A DNA stretch of 64,000 bases, from contig OZ336872.1 of assembly GCA_965287045.1 (NCBI GenBank), positions 109,306,001-109,370,000 of the forward strand. Reading direction: 5' to 3'. The translations under genes and the position numbers were made by a program. The notes below the pieces were generated by a model. It searched no databases. It saw only the letters and a program-made list of their open reading frames with translations, and was not told where the DNA came from. This document shows positions 26,443 through 37,472 of this stretch, piece by piece. Each line of letters starts with the position of its first letter. Position 1 is the stretch's first letter. This stretch comes from Carcharhinus amblyrhynchos (taxonomy: Eukaryota).

Positions 26443-29171
26443 TGTCGCTAGGTGTCGTAGATCAAACAGCCCAGACTGCTCGCTGATCCTTTTCATTCCA
26501 GTTTATGTCCGAAACGGCCACTGCCCGTCCTTTTTTGTTTTTCTTCTTCTTGCTAATTCGTTTCTTTTACTTCTCGCCGTCCGGGGGTTCCTAAAACTAG
26601 TCTTTGGGATTTAAAGCTGCGGGTGCATCTATTTCAGTTGAGGAAAGGTTCTGAGAAAATTCCTCTCCTAATAAATCTGCAGTATCCTGGGTGAAATGGA
26701 GTTAGACACTCAGACACATCAGAATATAAGGGAAGTAGCTCCGTGTTATTGTTCATCATTAGAAACCTGATCAACGCTTTTCCAGAAATGTACTTCATAG
26801 AATCATCGTGTAAAAGAGGCCCTTCGGCCCATTGAGTCTCGACTGACACATGAAACTCCGGAGGTCCCATCTTATCCCATTTACCTGCACCTGGCCCATT
26901 ATGAACGTTATGGCATGTCAAGTGCTCATCCAGAAACTTTTAAGGATGTGAGGCAACTTGTCTCTACCACCCTCCCAGGCTGCACATTCCAGACCATCAC
27001 CATCCTCTGGGTAAAAATGTTTTCCTCACATTCCCCCTAAACCTCTTGACCCTCACCCCTTGAGTCTATGTCCCCTCGTGACTGACCCTTCAACTAAAAG
27101 GAATAGCTGCTCTTTATCCATGCCCCTCCTAATCTCATACACCTCAATCAGGTCACCCCTCAGACATCTCTGTTCCAACGAAAACAACCCAAACCAATCA
27201 ACATTCTCTTCATAACTTAAATGTTCCATCCCAGGCAGCACCCTAGTGCAGTTTCTCTGCATCCCCTCCAGTGCAATCAAATCCTTCCTATAATGTGGTA
27301 ACCAGAACTGCACGCTATACTCTAATTGTGGCCTCAAAGATCTGTGCAACTCCAAAATGACTTTGCTGCTTTTGTAATCTATGCCTCAACTGACAAAGGG
27401 AAGTGTTCTATCAGCTTTTTTCACCATCCTACTAACCTTCCTCCTTCAAAGATCTGTGGATAAATACACCAAGGTCCCTTTGTTCCTCAGAATTCTCTAG
27501 TGTCATGCCATGCATTCAATACTTGCTTGTCAAATTACTCCTTCCAAAGAGTACCTCACAATTTTCAGGGTCAAATTCAACATACTATTTATCTGTCCAC
27601 ATGGGAGGGTATCCATCATATCCGTCTATATTTTCTTATAGGCTAAGCCACTCAGCCTCACTGTTAACCAGTCTGCCAATCCTCATGTCATCTGAATCCT
27701 ACCCCCCTCCCCCCAAACATGGTGATTTAAAGTTTATTTATTAGTGTCACAAGTCAGCCTACAATAACACTGCAACAAAATTCTGTTAAAATTCCCTAGT
27801 CGCCACACTCCGGTACCTGTTCGGGTACACTGATGGAGAATTTAACATAACAAATGCACTTGGCCAGCACTTCTTTTGGACTGTGGGAGGAAACTGGAGC
27901 ACCAGGAGAAAACCCACACAGACATGGGGAGAATGTGCACACCCCACACAGACAGACAGACAGAAGTCAGGAATCAAACCTGGCTCCCTGGTGCTGTGAG
28001 GAAGCAGTATGGCCAGGGATACAATTCATCCTTCCCCATATCAATTTGCTCAAGAGCCTTGCAATCTCTTTCCTTGAATTCCATACCTTCATCTTCATTC
28101 TCTTGGATGAAGAGGCCATGAAATATTTACCCAACACTTCACCAATGTCCTCTGACTGCACCCACAGATTGCCCCCCTTAGATCCTAATTGCTCTACTCT
28201 TTCCCCTGATTTTCCTCTTCCCATTGATATACTTTTGGAATATCTTGGGATTTTCCCCTACGTTTACCAGCCATAGCTTTTTCATATCCTCGCTTTTCTT
28301 TGCTAATTGTCTCTTTGCTGGCTACTATATCACAATCCATATGTCAATCATTGCCCTTAACTCATCAATTTTACCTGTAATACTCCTAGTGTTAAAGTAG
28401 AGGCTAGCCACCTTACCTCATATCCTTGAAACTTATACAGCTATACTCTTTCTATGATGCTCTGCCCTTATTCTGCTAATAGTCACCCTACCCCAGCTCA
28501 ATCAGGTTAAACTCCTCCCAACAGCACGAGCAAAATGTCCCGAAAGGATGTTTCAATCTGATATTTTTCAGGCCGCCTTATTTCTACCTGAGTTTGTCAT
28601 CAAATATTAAGAATGAAACGTGAGATTGTAGAGCATCAATTAAACTGAATGCACTTCATTAATCAATACACATTTCAATGTAAAGAAATCCAATTGCAGT
28701 TATAAACAGCACCTGTTTTATATGAATTCTAGCTGGATAGCTTTTTTTGGTGAATGTAACCTTTACAGTTGCATTAGCACAATGCATGCAAAGTATTAGT
28801 TTCACACATCTTTGGACACTAAGGGACAATTTAGCATGGCTAATTCACCTAACCTGCAGATCTTTATACATAGGGACGAAACTGGAGTACCTGGAGGAAA
28901 CTCCACACAGACATGGCGAGAACGTGCAAACTCCACACCATCACCCAAGGCTGAAACCGAACACAGCATGCCGGCACAGTGTGACAGCAATGCTAACCAT
29001 TGTGCCATCATACTGCCTGACAACGCTCCTCATTGCAGATTGCCCATGTCTACTGATCCCCAACAATTCACATCAACTTACTCGCTGTGAGCGAAGCAGG
29101 GGGGTTGCATCCACTCTTGTAGTCAAGAGAGCTAGGAATAGTCCAAAAAGCAAAATCCAAATAATGCTCAT
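26443..29171 (-). pseudogene. Natriuretic peptide (NPPC/CNP-like) pseudogene, copy A; exon 1 CDS 29082-29171, exon 2 26443-26686
   Basis: Exon 1 MSIIWILLFGLFLALLTTRVDATPLLRSQR|gtaagt; exon 2 cag|DTADLLGEEFSQNLSSTEIDAPAALNPKD* with stops at 26597, 26591, 26567, a frameshift, then KRTGSGRFGHKLE*KGSASSLGCLIYDT*. Confidence 0.88.
26794..28550 (-). mobile_element. Degenerate CR1 in intron 1 of NP copy A (with SINE 27727-28010)
   Basis: LRPQLEYSVQFWLPHYRKD; same position as 37473-39750, so inserted before the duplication. Confidence 0.8.
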
Positions 29172-31070
29172 ACTCGTTTGATAAAGTGGTCAATTGTACA
29201 CCTAGATACAATGAAATGAAAATTGGTTAGAGTTCTGTCTGCTGCCTCGAGAGCAAGAATTCTCTGTTGCTTTCCCGGCTGCTTTTCAATCGTTTTATAA
29301 CGTGGAATGATTTCCCAAAATATCATTTGATGATATGAATACATTCCCATTTTATTTATGTTAACACCGTCTCTGTATTTAAATGTTTGCTCTGAAGTTA
29401 AATAAATGTAAGGATGGGGAGGAGTCTGGGAGGATGGAGCTATCCAGGCTGCAACTCGGAGGCAACCTATCCTACTCCCAACCCCAATCTCCCCCACACC
29501 TCGCCCTGGCAATCTTTTGGTCCAGGATGGACCGATTCACTTTTGTGGGCATTGAGCTTGGGAAGGGCTGTCTCATTGCAGCTGCTCCATTGGAATGAGG
29601 CTAACTGGACACCAACAATTCTTCCTATGAATAATTTAACTTGTCTGGAGGCTTGGTCGGAGGTACTTAATGCAGCCCAGCCTCTGGTTGATCCGGTGAC
29701 ATTGGAAGCATTTTCCATGTTAGAAATTGCAGAAACATTCGAAAGTGAATGAGTGCGCGACTAGATTGTCAATACAGGTTCAATCCAACTTCCGCAAATT
29801 ATCGGTAGAAATGATCACGTTGGCATTGTAGCTGGGATAGTCAATCAGTTATGATAAAAGTGCATTTCGCGCAACATTGGTGCTCTTTGTAGCTCAAACC
29901 TCCACCAGCGAGTCAGTCTATTATTGACTAGTTCAGGGCTACGTTATCGGTCTTGTAACTGATTCGTCCCAGTCAGTACATGTTTCAGATGGAAGGGTTT
30001 GGCTGATAAGAAACAATGGAAACTGCAGGCTTCCAACAGGTAAAATCACTCTTTGAGAGGGAGAACTGACTGATGGCGACTTTACCTGATAATCACCACA
30101 TCTCAGGCATGGGGCAAGGTTGAGAAGCCAAGTCTTCATGAATAACCTCAGCCTATACAGGACTCGAACCCATGCTTTTAGCATCGTTCTGCATAAGGTA
30201 ACCAGTTGTCCACACAAATGAGCTGAACAATCCTTGAACGCCATAATGAAAGCTAAGAGAATTGGAGCTTTGTCTTTAATTCAGTGTTGCCACTATTTTT
30301 ACATGCAATTTGCAGCACAGAAATACCAGATGAAGCACCAGATGAACCTTCTCATAACCCTATGTGCATTAATATTTTATTTGCATCTCACTGAGATTTT
30401 ATTGGCTGCTTTTGGGCTAGATGTTGTACAAGAATGGGAAGATGGCCTATTGTACCCAATGGATTCCAGGGTTTCAAATAAAGACACTTCACTAACAGCA
30501 AAATGGCAGGCTACAGGAATTATTGGTGTCAGAGCTAGACAGAGTTGTTCATAAATTAACCAGGAAGGGGTTTCTGTTTTTGGTTGATGATAATATGTTA
30601 ATGGCAACAGATAGCTATATATTTTGAATTATTGTCTTATGTGAAGGTAAGACAATAAACAAGAAAGATTTAGAGGTCTTTTTATATTGTATACCAGAGA
30701 GTACAGACTGTTACTCTGTTTGCTTGACTGCATCAGTACAGGACATACAATAGGACATACCAGGGCAATTTTCCACATTGCCATGTAAGCGCCAATTTGG
30801 TTCCAGTGCAGCTACAACTCTTGCATCGAGCTGACAATCTGGAAAATTACCCAGATATGTTCTGTGGACACAAATTCCAGAAGTGAGGCATTAGCAATCC
30901 CTAGCAAATTTGGAGTGAATGGGAATCTGGAGGGAAATCTCTCGATTGAAGTCATATCTAACTGAGAGGAAGATGGTTGTGGTCTTTGAAGATCAATCAG
31001 CTCAGTTTCAGGATGTCACTACAGGAGTTCCTCAGGGTTATGTACTCAACCCACCTTCAACTGCTTCGTC

Positions 31071-31485
31071 ATAGAATCATAGAAACCCTACTGTGCAGAA
31101 AGAGTCCATTTGGCCCATTGAGTCTGCACTAACCACAATCTTACCCAGGCCCTAATCCATATCCCTATATATTTATTTTTGATAAGCGAGGGGATTAAGG
31201 GTTATGGGGAGAGGGCGGGAAAGTGGAACTGAGCCATGACAGGTCAGCCATGATCTTATTGAATGGCGGGGCAGGCTCAAAGGGCTAGATGGCCTACTCC
31301 TGCTCCTATTTCTTATGTTCTTATGTTCTTATATTTTCCCACTAATTCCTCTAACTGACACAGCTCAAGACACTAAGGGGCAATTTTAGTATGGCCAATC
31401 AACCTAACCCACACATCTTTGGACTGTGGGAGGAAACTGGAACACCTGGAGGAAACCCACTTAGACACGAGGAGAATGTGCAATC
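31071..31485 (-). mobile_element. HE1-like SINE carrying a short young CR1 tail (31176-31331, +) at the unit A/B junction
   Basis: SINE body flanks gataagcgaggggattaaggg..cttatgttcttatgttctt; atattt on both sides of the CR1 piece. Confidence 0.75.
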
Positions 31486-32049
31486 TCTGTGTTTGGCCTC
31501 ATGATTTTTTTAAAAACTCTGGTTAGGTCATCCTTTGCCTTCCAGTTGGAACCTAGACCCGGAAACTGAAATTTCCCATTCCCTGTGGACTATTGTACAT
31601 TCAACCTCCAAATAAGAACATAAGAAAGAAAATAAGAAAATAAATGAACTCATAGCACAGAAATTAAAAAAAATCATTAAATGTTTGGAAGAGTTGGGAT
31701 ATGTAAAAAAACTTCATGTAGCTAATTGTTGGGGAAAGGGTCCAAGTCACCTTACGGGGAACAAGTTTTACTCGATAACCTCCCAATTTTTATTTAAAGC
31801 AGGTTTTACAAGTCCGGCAAGAATCAAAAATTCAACTGGTAAATTTGAAAGATTTATTAACCATTAAAAGGTAGATGGGCAACAAGTTAGAAAAATGAAA
31901 GAACAATGATTCACTTGGCAATAAACAGCAGAAATTAACAGTAATCAACAGTATTAACAAAAAGAGAGGATTAACTTTAACAACTCAAAGCTTTCCTCAA
32001 TGTAGTTTTTAAAAGATATTCCATAGCAGTTCAAAACAGCTTCTGACCA

Positions 32050-33150
32050 TACTGGTTGTCAAATAGTAGGCAGAGATTGGGGGTCAATGGGTGCTGTTCG
32101 GATTGGCGGTTGGTGACTAGTGGAGTGCCTCAGGGGTCGGTTCTGGGGCCTCAGCTATTTACCATTTATATAGATGATCTGGAGGAGGGAACCGAGTGTA
32201 TGGTGTTGAAATTTGCTGATGACACCAAGATTGGGGGAACGGCAAATTGTGCGGAGGGTGTGGAGAGTCTGCAGAAGGATCTAGATAGGCTGGGCGAATG
32301 GGCCAGGAACTGGCAAATGGAATTTAATGTTGGCAAGTGCGAGGTGGTCCACTTTGGTAGGAATAATGGTAGGAAGGATTATTACTTATGTGGAGAAAAA
32401 CTGCAGCAGGCAATGGTGCAGAGAGACCTTGGGGTCCTTGTGCATGAGTCGCAAAAGCCCAGCTTGCAGGTGCAGCAGGTGGTCAGGAAGGCTAATGGGA
32501 TGCTGGCCTTCATAGCGAGGGGGATTGAATATAAAAGTAGGGAGGTCTTGCTGCGGCTGTATAGGGCATTGGTGAGGCCGCAGCCGGAGTACTGTGTGCA
32601 GTTTTGGGCGCCGTACTTACGCAAGGCTATTTTGGCCTTGGAGGGAGTGCAGAGGAGGTTTACTAGGCTGATGCCGGAGTTGAGGGGGTTGAGCTATGAG
32701 GAGAGGCTGAATAAACTAGGCTTGTACTCGTTAGAGTTTAGAAGAATGAGGGGAGATCTCATTGAGACGTATAAGATGACGAATGGGATGGATAGGATAG
32801 AGGTGGAGAGACTCTTCCCACTCAGAAAGGATAGTAGGACTAGGGGGCACAGCCTCAAGATAAAGTTGGGGGGGGGGACGGTTTAGAACGGAGTTGAGGA
32901 AGAACTTCTTCACTCAAAGGGTGGTGAATCTCTGGAATTCTCTGCCCGTTGAAGTGGTGGAGGCTACCTTGCTAAATATTTTTAAGACGCGGGTTGATGG
33001 GTTTTTGATAAGAGAGGGGATTAAGGGTTATGGGGAGAGGGCAGGAAAGTGGAACTGAGCCACGACAGATCAGCCATGATCTTACTGAATGGTGGGGCAG
33101 GCTCGAAGGGCCAGATGGCCTACTCCTGCTCCTATTTCTTATGTTCTTAT
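32050..33150 (+). mobile_element. Young CR1 LINE, 5'-truncated
   Basis: 276-aa RT ORF (VTSGVPQGSVLGPQLFTIYIDDL, KFADDTK); frameshift in a G run near 32870; cttatgttcttat tail. Confidence 0.92.
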
Positions 33151-33179
33151 TGTAATAAATAAGAAGACCTTTCAGACTT

Positions 33180-33530
33180 TTGTGAAATGTAATTTAACAC
33201 ATAACAGCGATTAGGACACATTTTACAAACTTCATATTTCTTTCACTTGCAGTTCACCATCTGTTCAGTTGTTACATAAATAATTTTTATAAATATCTCT
33301 TTTATAAACATATAAATATTTTAAACATAAATACATTTATGCAGAAATGAAATGATCAATTTATAGTCGTGACAATTTACAGGGGCATTAGTTCCTACAA
33401 CAATTTCCTTGGCGTGTTTCTTTCCAGACTCGTACCAGGAGTAATGGCATCATTTTCTTCTTAAACGGTATTTTTTGGGAGACGATGAGAAGCAGAAGAA
33501 ATTTCCGGAGCCCATCATCAACACGTTGTC
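33180..33530 (-). other. Probable non-coding exon 3 (AU-rich 3'UTR) of NP copy B
   Basis: Acceptor tttctattcacag| at 33531-33543; several TATTTAT motifs at ~33270-33340 on minus; matching donor gtgagt at 37136-37141. 3' end not determined. Confidence 0.6.
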
Positions 33531-33548
33531 CTGTGAATAGAAATATAG

Positions 33549-34212
33549 AGGCGATCTGATCAAATACATTCTATGTCCAGGACATTACGCACTTTTGAGT
33601 GACTGACCCCTCCCCTCTCTGATCCCTCCCAATCGCCGGCACCATCTCTTCATGATCGTCATCCCGATCCCGCACCACCTTCGTGATCACCGGCCTGATC
33701 ACACCCCCATCCCACCACCTCTGTGATCACCAGCCCGACCCTCCCACAATCGTCGGTTGATACCTCCTGAAACCACCAGCCTGCCTCCATCCCTTCTGCC
33801 AGCCCCAATGTCCCCCTTCTTCCCCCATTGATTTCTAATGCCGAGTGGGAGGAGGTTACCCCCGCCCCCCTTCCACTGACCCCTACCCCAGGTCGGATGC
33901 CAATTCCCAGGAGGTCTCACCCCTTCATGCACCACCTTCTTTGGTGGGCAGTGCTAGGATGCCCAGTGGGCAGTGCCAGGGTGCCCAGTGGGCAGTGCTA
34001 GGGTGCTGGATAAAAACATTCTGCGCTCATTAATTCAATTCAAAATTCATTTAAATATAGTTTCTATAAGCAATTTCCGGTGCAAGGCTGATCGCACCAG
34101 ATATCTGGGCTGGTAACACCGTGAAAGGTATGAACCTGATTTCTCCGCTTTTACACAATGTTACCAACTCACACCACCCATAGGTAGATGGGCAATGATA
34201 AGATTGCCCCCA
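33549..34212. mobile_element. Harbinger-type MITE with internal short tandem repeats
   Basis: Ends ggcgatct.. / ..aagattgcccc are imperfect inverted repeats; internal gtgggcagtgc repeats at 33944-34005. Confidence 0.5.
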
Positions 34213-34369
34213 TATTGTCAGTGCGGAACAGAGCAAGTGATCAACACAAACTCTGGCAGGAGTAGGCCATTTGGCCCCTCAAGTCTGCTCCGCCATTCAA
34301 TAAGAGCTTTTTGTGGACTCAGCTCTACTTACCCGCCTGCTCTCCATAACCCTTAATTCCTTTACTGTT

Positions 34370-34800
34370 CAAATGAGGCCCACACTGCCACCTGGTCCAT
34401 CGTGGAGGAGTGCATTGGGCTCCTCAAGATGTGGTTTCGGTGCCTGGATCACTCTGGTGGGGTCCTCCAGTACAGCCACCAGAAAGTGTCCCACACAGTG
34501 CTGGTCTGCTGTGTGCTCCACAACTTGGCACAGCAGCCTGGAGACTTTTTGGAGGCGGAGGAGGTGGAGGATGATCAGTCGGATGTCGCTGGGTTGGAGG
34601 TGGCCCAGGAGGATGTGGAGAAGGAGGAGGAGGGGGATGACGAGACCAGTGAGAAACCAGACGATGGAGAGCATGCAGCTGCAGCTTGGGTCTGGCATGC
34701 CAGGATGGTGAGAGAGGCCTCCGTATCGCTTCCAGGTTTGCCAACTAGGGAGCATGTATTACTACAGCTGGAAAGCAACTCTCCCCTCTACACCGATTAA
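34370..34800 (+). mobile_element. Harbinger transposase C-terminal remnant
   Basis: EECIGLLKMWFRCLDHSGGVLQYSHQKVSHTVLVCCVLHNLA followed by an acidic tail. Confidence 0.85.
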
Positions 34801-37160
34801 CCCCAGTCACTCTCCCAAGCCATGGCAACACCAGGGTTCTGGGCCTGGGGAAGGCATGTTAACAGGTTCCTGTCACAGGCAGGAGGGTGATGACAACTGA
34901 CAATGCAGCACAATGTGATGGTGCCTGGTGCAAAATGTCTGGCTCTGCAAACAAACTGGCACCTGGACCCACAACTGGGTGCAAATCATAGACCATGAGC
35001 CACCTTTGGGTGGATGGGGAGAGGGGTATCTTGCACCTGCTTGGTTTCAGGGATGCCATGGCAGCTTCAGTGACTCAATAACTGTGCATGAAACCCAGAA
35101 CTGATGATTCTGAGTGCTTTGAATGTAAGTGCGGTGATGGGTAAACAACATGCGCCTGAATTTGGGGGTTGCAGTAGTGGTGTGCCGAGGGCCCTCCCCC
35201 ACACACACAATGTTCAGAATCCCTCTGGCTTAGCTCAAGGTATGTTCATCACTGCTGGAGGATAATCAGAGACATATTAGTCACAGTTGAGGGGTGCAAT
35301 TCTTGTCGTTAACGGTGCAATAAGTCAACATGCTCACTGTTAATATGTTATAAATAAATAAACTAAACTGTTCATCCCACTGCCATTGAGATGCACCGGG
35401 GACTGGTAGTGGGGGGAATCAGAATGCACAGCGAGAGCCACAGTCCCTCGGGTGGAAGGCCCTCTAAGAATGGCCAAGCTCTGCAGCTCCTCAGCAATGC
35501 CCTGCTGTGAGTGGGCAGCCCTAACCCACTGTATCTCAGCACTGTCCCGTTGGGTTCTCTTCTTGAGGCCTGCAGAATCTTAATCAGGCTGTCAAATGCC
35601 TCAACTCAGCCAGGGCCCTCTGGAACTCCGCCATGTCCTGCTGTGACTCAGCCATCACTTGGACTCTGCCACTCATGGCATTTCTCTGTGCCAGTGACCA
35701 TGCATTGACTGCTACTGCCACCGCCTCTCCCAGGCCACTCTGCCATCCCTTTCCCTGGCTCAACGCACACCCAGGGGGAATAACATATCCCTTCTCTCCT
35801 CCATTGCAGCCAGGAGACATGGCATCTCTCCCTCTGAAAATCTGGGGGCCATTCCTCTGGCATCCATCTTCCTGCCCTGTTTGCCTGTCTGTCCATTCTA
35901 GGGGTTAATATGCAGGTCTCCCTTGTTAAGGCAGTCCAGCTGCAGACAGTTTGGGCGAGTCATGCACCCATTAGAGCACTCCATCAAGATTACACACAGT
36001 TTGCTTTGTTGTACTGAGGGGGAAGCCAAGGCAAGTCTTGCAGGTATACTGATGGGGTGAGGGGGGGGGGTGATGGGGTGAGGGGGGGTGATGGGGTGGT
36101 TGGAATGTGATGCTGTGGTTATGGGGGGGGATGTTGGCGGCAGAGAGACTGTACAAATGCGTGGGGGGAGAGGGGGAAATGGGAGACAGTCATTGTGGAC
36201 ATGGACTGCGAAGGGGGAGTTGAAGCCAGTCACTGGGGACATGAGGGGAGAGGAGATTGCGAGACAGTCATTAGGGACATGGGAGAAATGTGGGAACATT
36301 TGTCAACATGAGAATGTTATCGGCGGGGGGCGGCGGCGTGTAGTTCACAGTGCAGTCAGGCAAGGGGATGTGATGATCACTCTGCAATCACGGTGAGGGA
36401 GGCATGAGAGGCGAGGGTAGTGTGCCGGGGGCGGTCTGTAGAGAGTAGGGGTTGAGAACGTGGCGAAAGATCCCGATGTCCGTCCGGGGGAGGGGGCGAG
36501 GGAGACAGGAGGGGTGGTGGGTTGGGATGGCGCTGCTGTTTTGCTGCTTGTACATGCACAAGTGGAGCCTGAGCTGCCGGCTCTCGGGCCATTTAAGCCC
36601 CGCTCCCTTTCCCTACATGCAAGAAACTGAAGGATTTTTTCCTTGCTCCAGGAGCATAAGATCGCAAATTTGGAGTCGCCAAAGAAATAGATCCGTTGAT
36701 AAGACAGCTCACTGCAGCTCCCATTTTCACTCATTCTGGACTTAGAATTTTTTTCATGAGATTGCCCCCCCACTGTACCCCAGCCTTGGAAATAGCTGGA
36801 AAATTTGGGCTCTGAATTACGCCCGGATACAATCTACATGCTACAGTTCAGAAATTTAGCCATTTCAAAATAGTGGGGACCTGTCTCAATGCGAGTAAAA
36901 CCTTTATGTTTCCACATTGTAATCACAGTTTTAAGTAATTTGAATCTGGACAAATCCTGGATTTCTTTCCCCTGAATTGGGTGGTGTGTAGCTGGAGCTG
37001 CTGTTTCCATGCAGCAGACATCAATTGTGAATCTCTGATGGGATACAATCGGCGACAACAGGAGAAAGTTCCTCATGCTGGAGTTAAATTACCAGCAAAA
37101 TGAATCAGGCAAATTTGTACAATTTTGCAGTGAATACTCACTGTCACTGGGTGTTGTAGA

Positions 37161-37358
37161 TCAAACAGAGCCCAGATTGCTCATTGCTCCTATTTTGTCC
37201 AATTTATTTTTGAAACAGCCACTGCTCGACCTGTTCTTGTCTTTTCGGTTTTTCTTCTTCTCATGGTGGTGGTCCTTGGGATTTAAAGCTGCGGGAGCAT
37301 CTATTTCGGTTGAGGAAAGGTTCTCAGAAAACTCCTCATCTAATAAATCTGCAGTATC
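37161..37358 (-). CDS. Natriuretic-peptide-like precursor copy B, coding exon 2 (pro-region and mature peptide)
   Basis: cag|DTADLLDEEFSENLSSTEIDAPAALNPKDHHHEKKKNRKDKNRSSSGCFKNKLDKIGAMSNLGSV*; resembles CNP-22 GCFGLKLDRIGSMSGLGC; exon continues to donor after 37142. Confidence 0.85.
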   Translation of the reverse strand, partial: DTADLLDEEFSENLSSTEIDAPAALNPKDHHHEKKKNRKDKNRSSSGCFKNKLDKIGAMSNLGSV

Positions 37359-37472
37359 CTGTACAGGGAAGTGCAAATAGACACTCACAGCACATCAGAA
37401 TATAAGGAAAGTAGCTCAATGTCATTGTTTAGCATTAGAAACCTGATCAATGCTTTTCCAGAAATGTACTTC

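Larger units (their letters stand above)
24870..30943 (-). repeat. Tandem duplication unit A of the natriuretic-peptide gene
   Basis: Blocks 24870-24986~31488-31603, 25180-29310~35370-40590, 29311-29850~41427-41965, 30697-30943~44337-44611. Confidence 0.9.

Noticed and set aside
29467-29718. ORF MENASNVTGSTRGWAAL.. shared with 41494-41841
   Set aside because: The frame diverges after ~35 codons through an indel; sharing is explained by the duplication.
36050-36130. G-rich tandem tract with G-quadruplex potential
   Set aside because: Low-complexity stretch within TE-derived sequence; poorly conserved in copy A.
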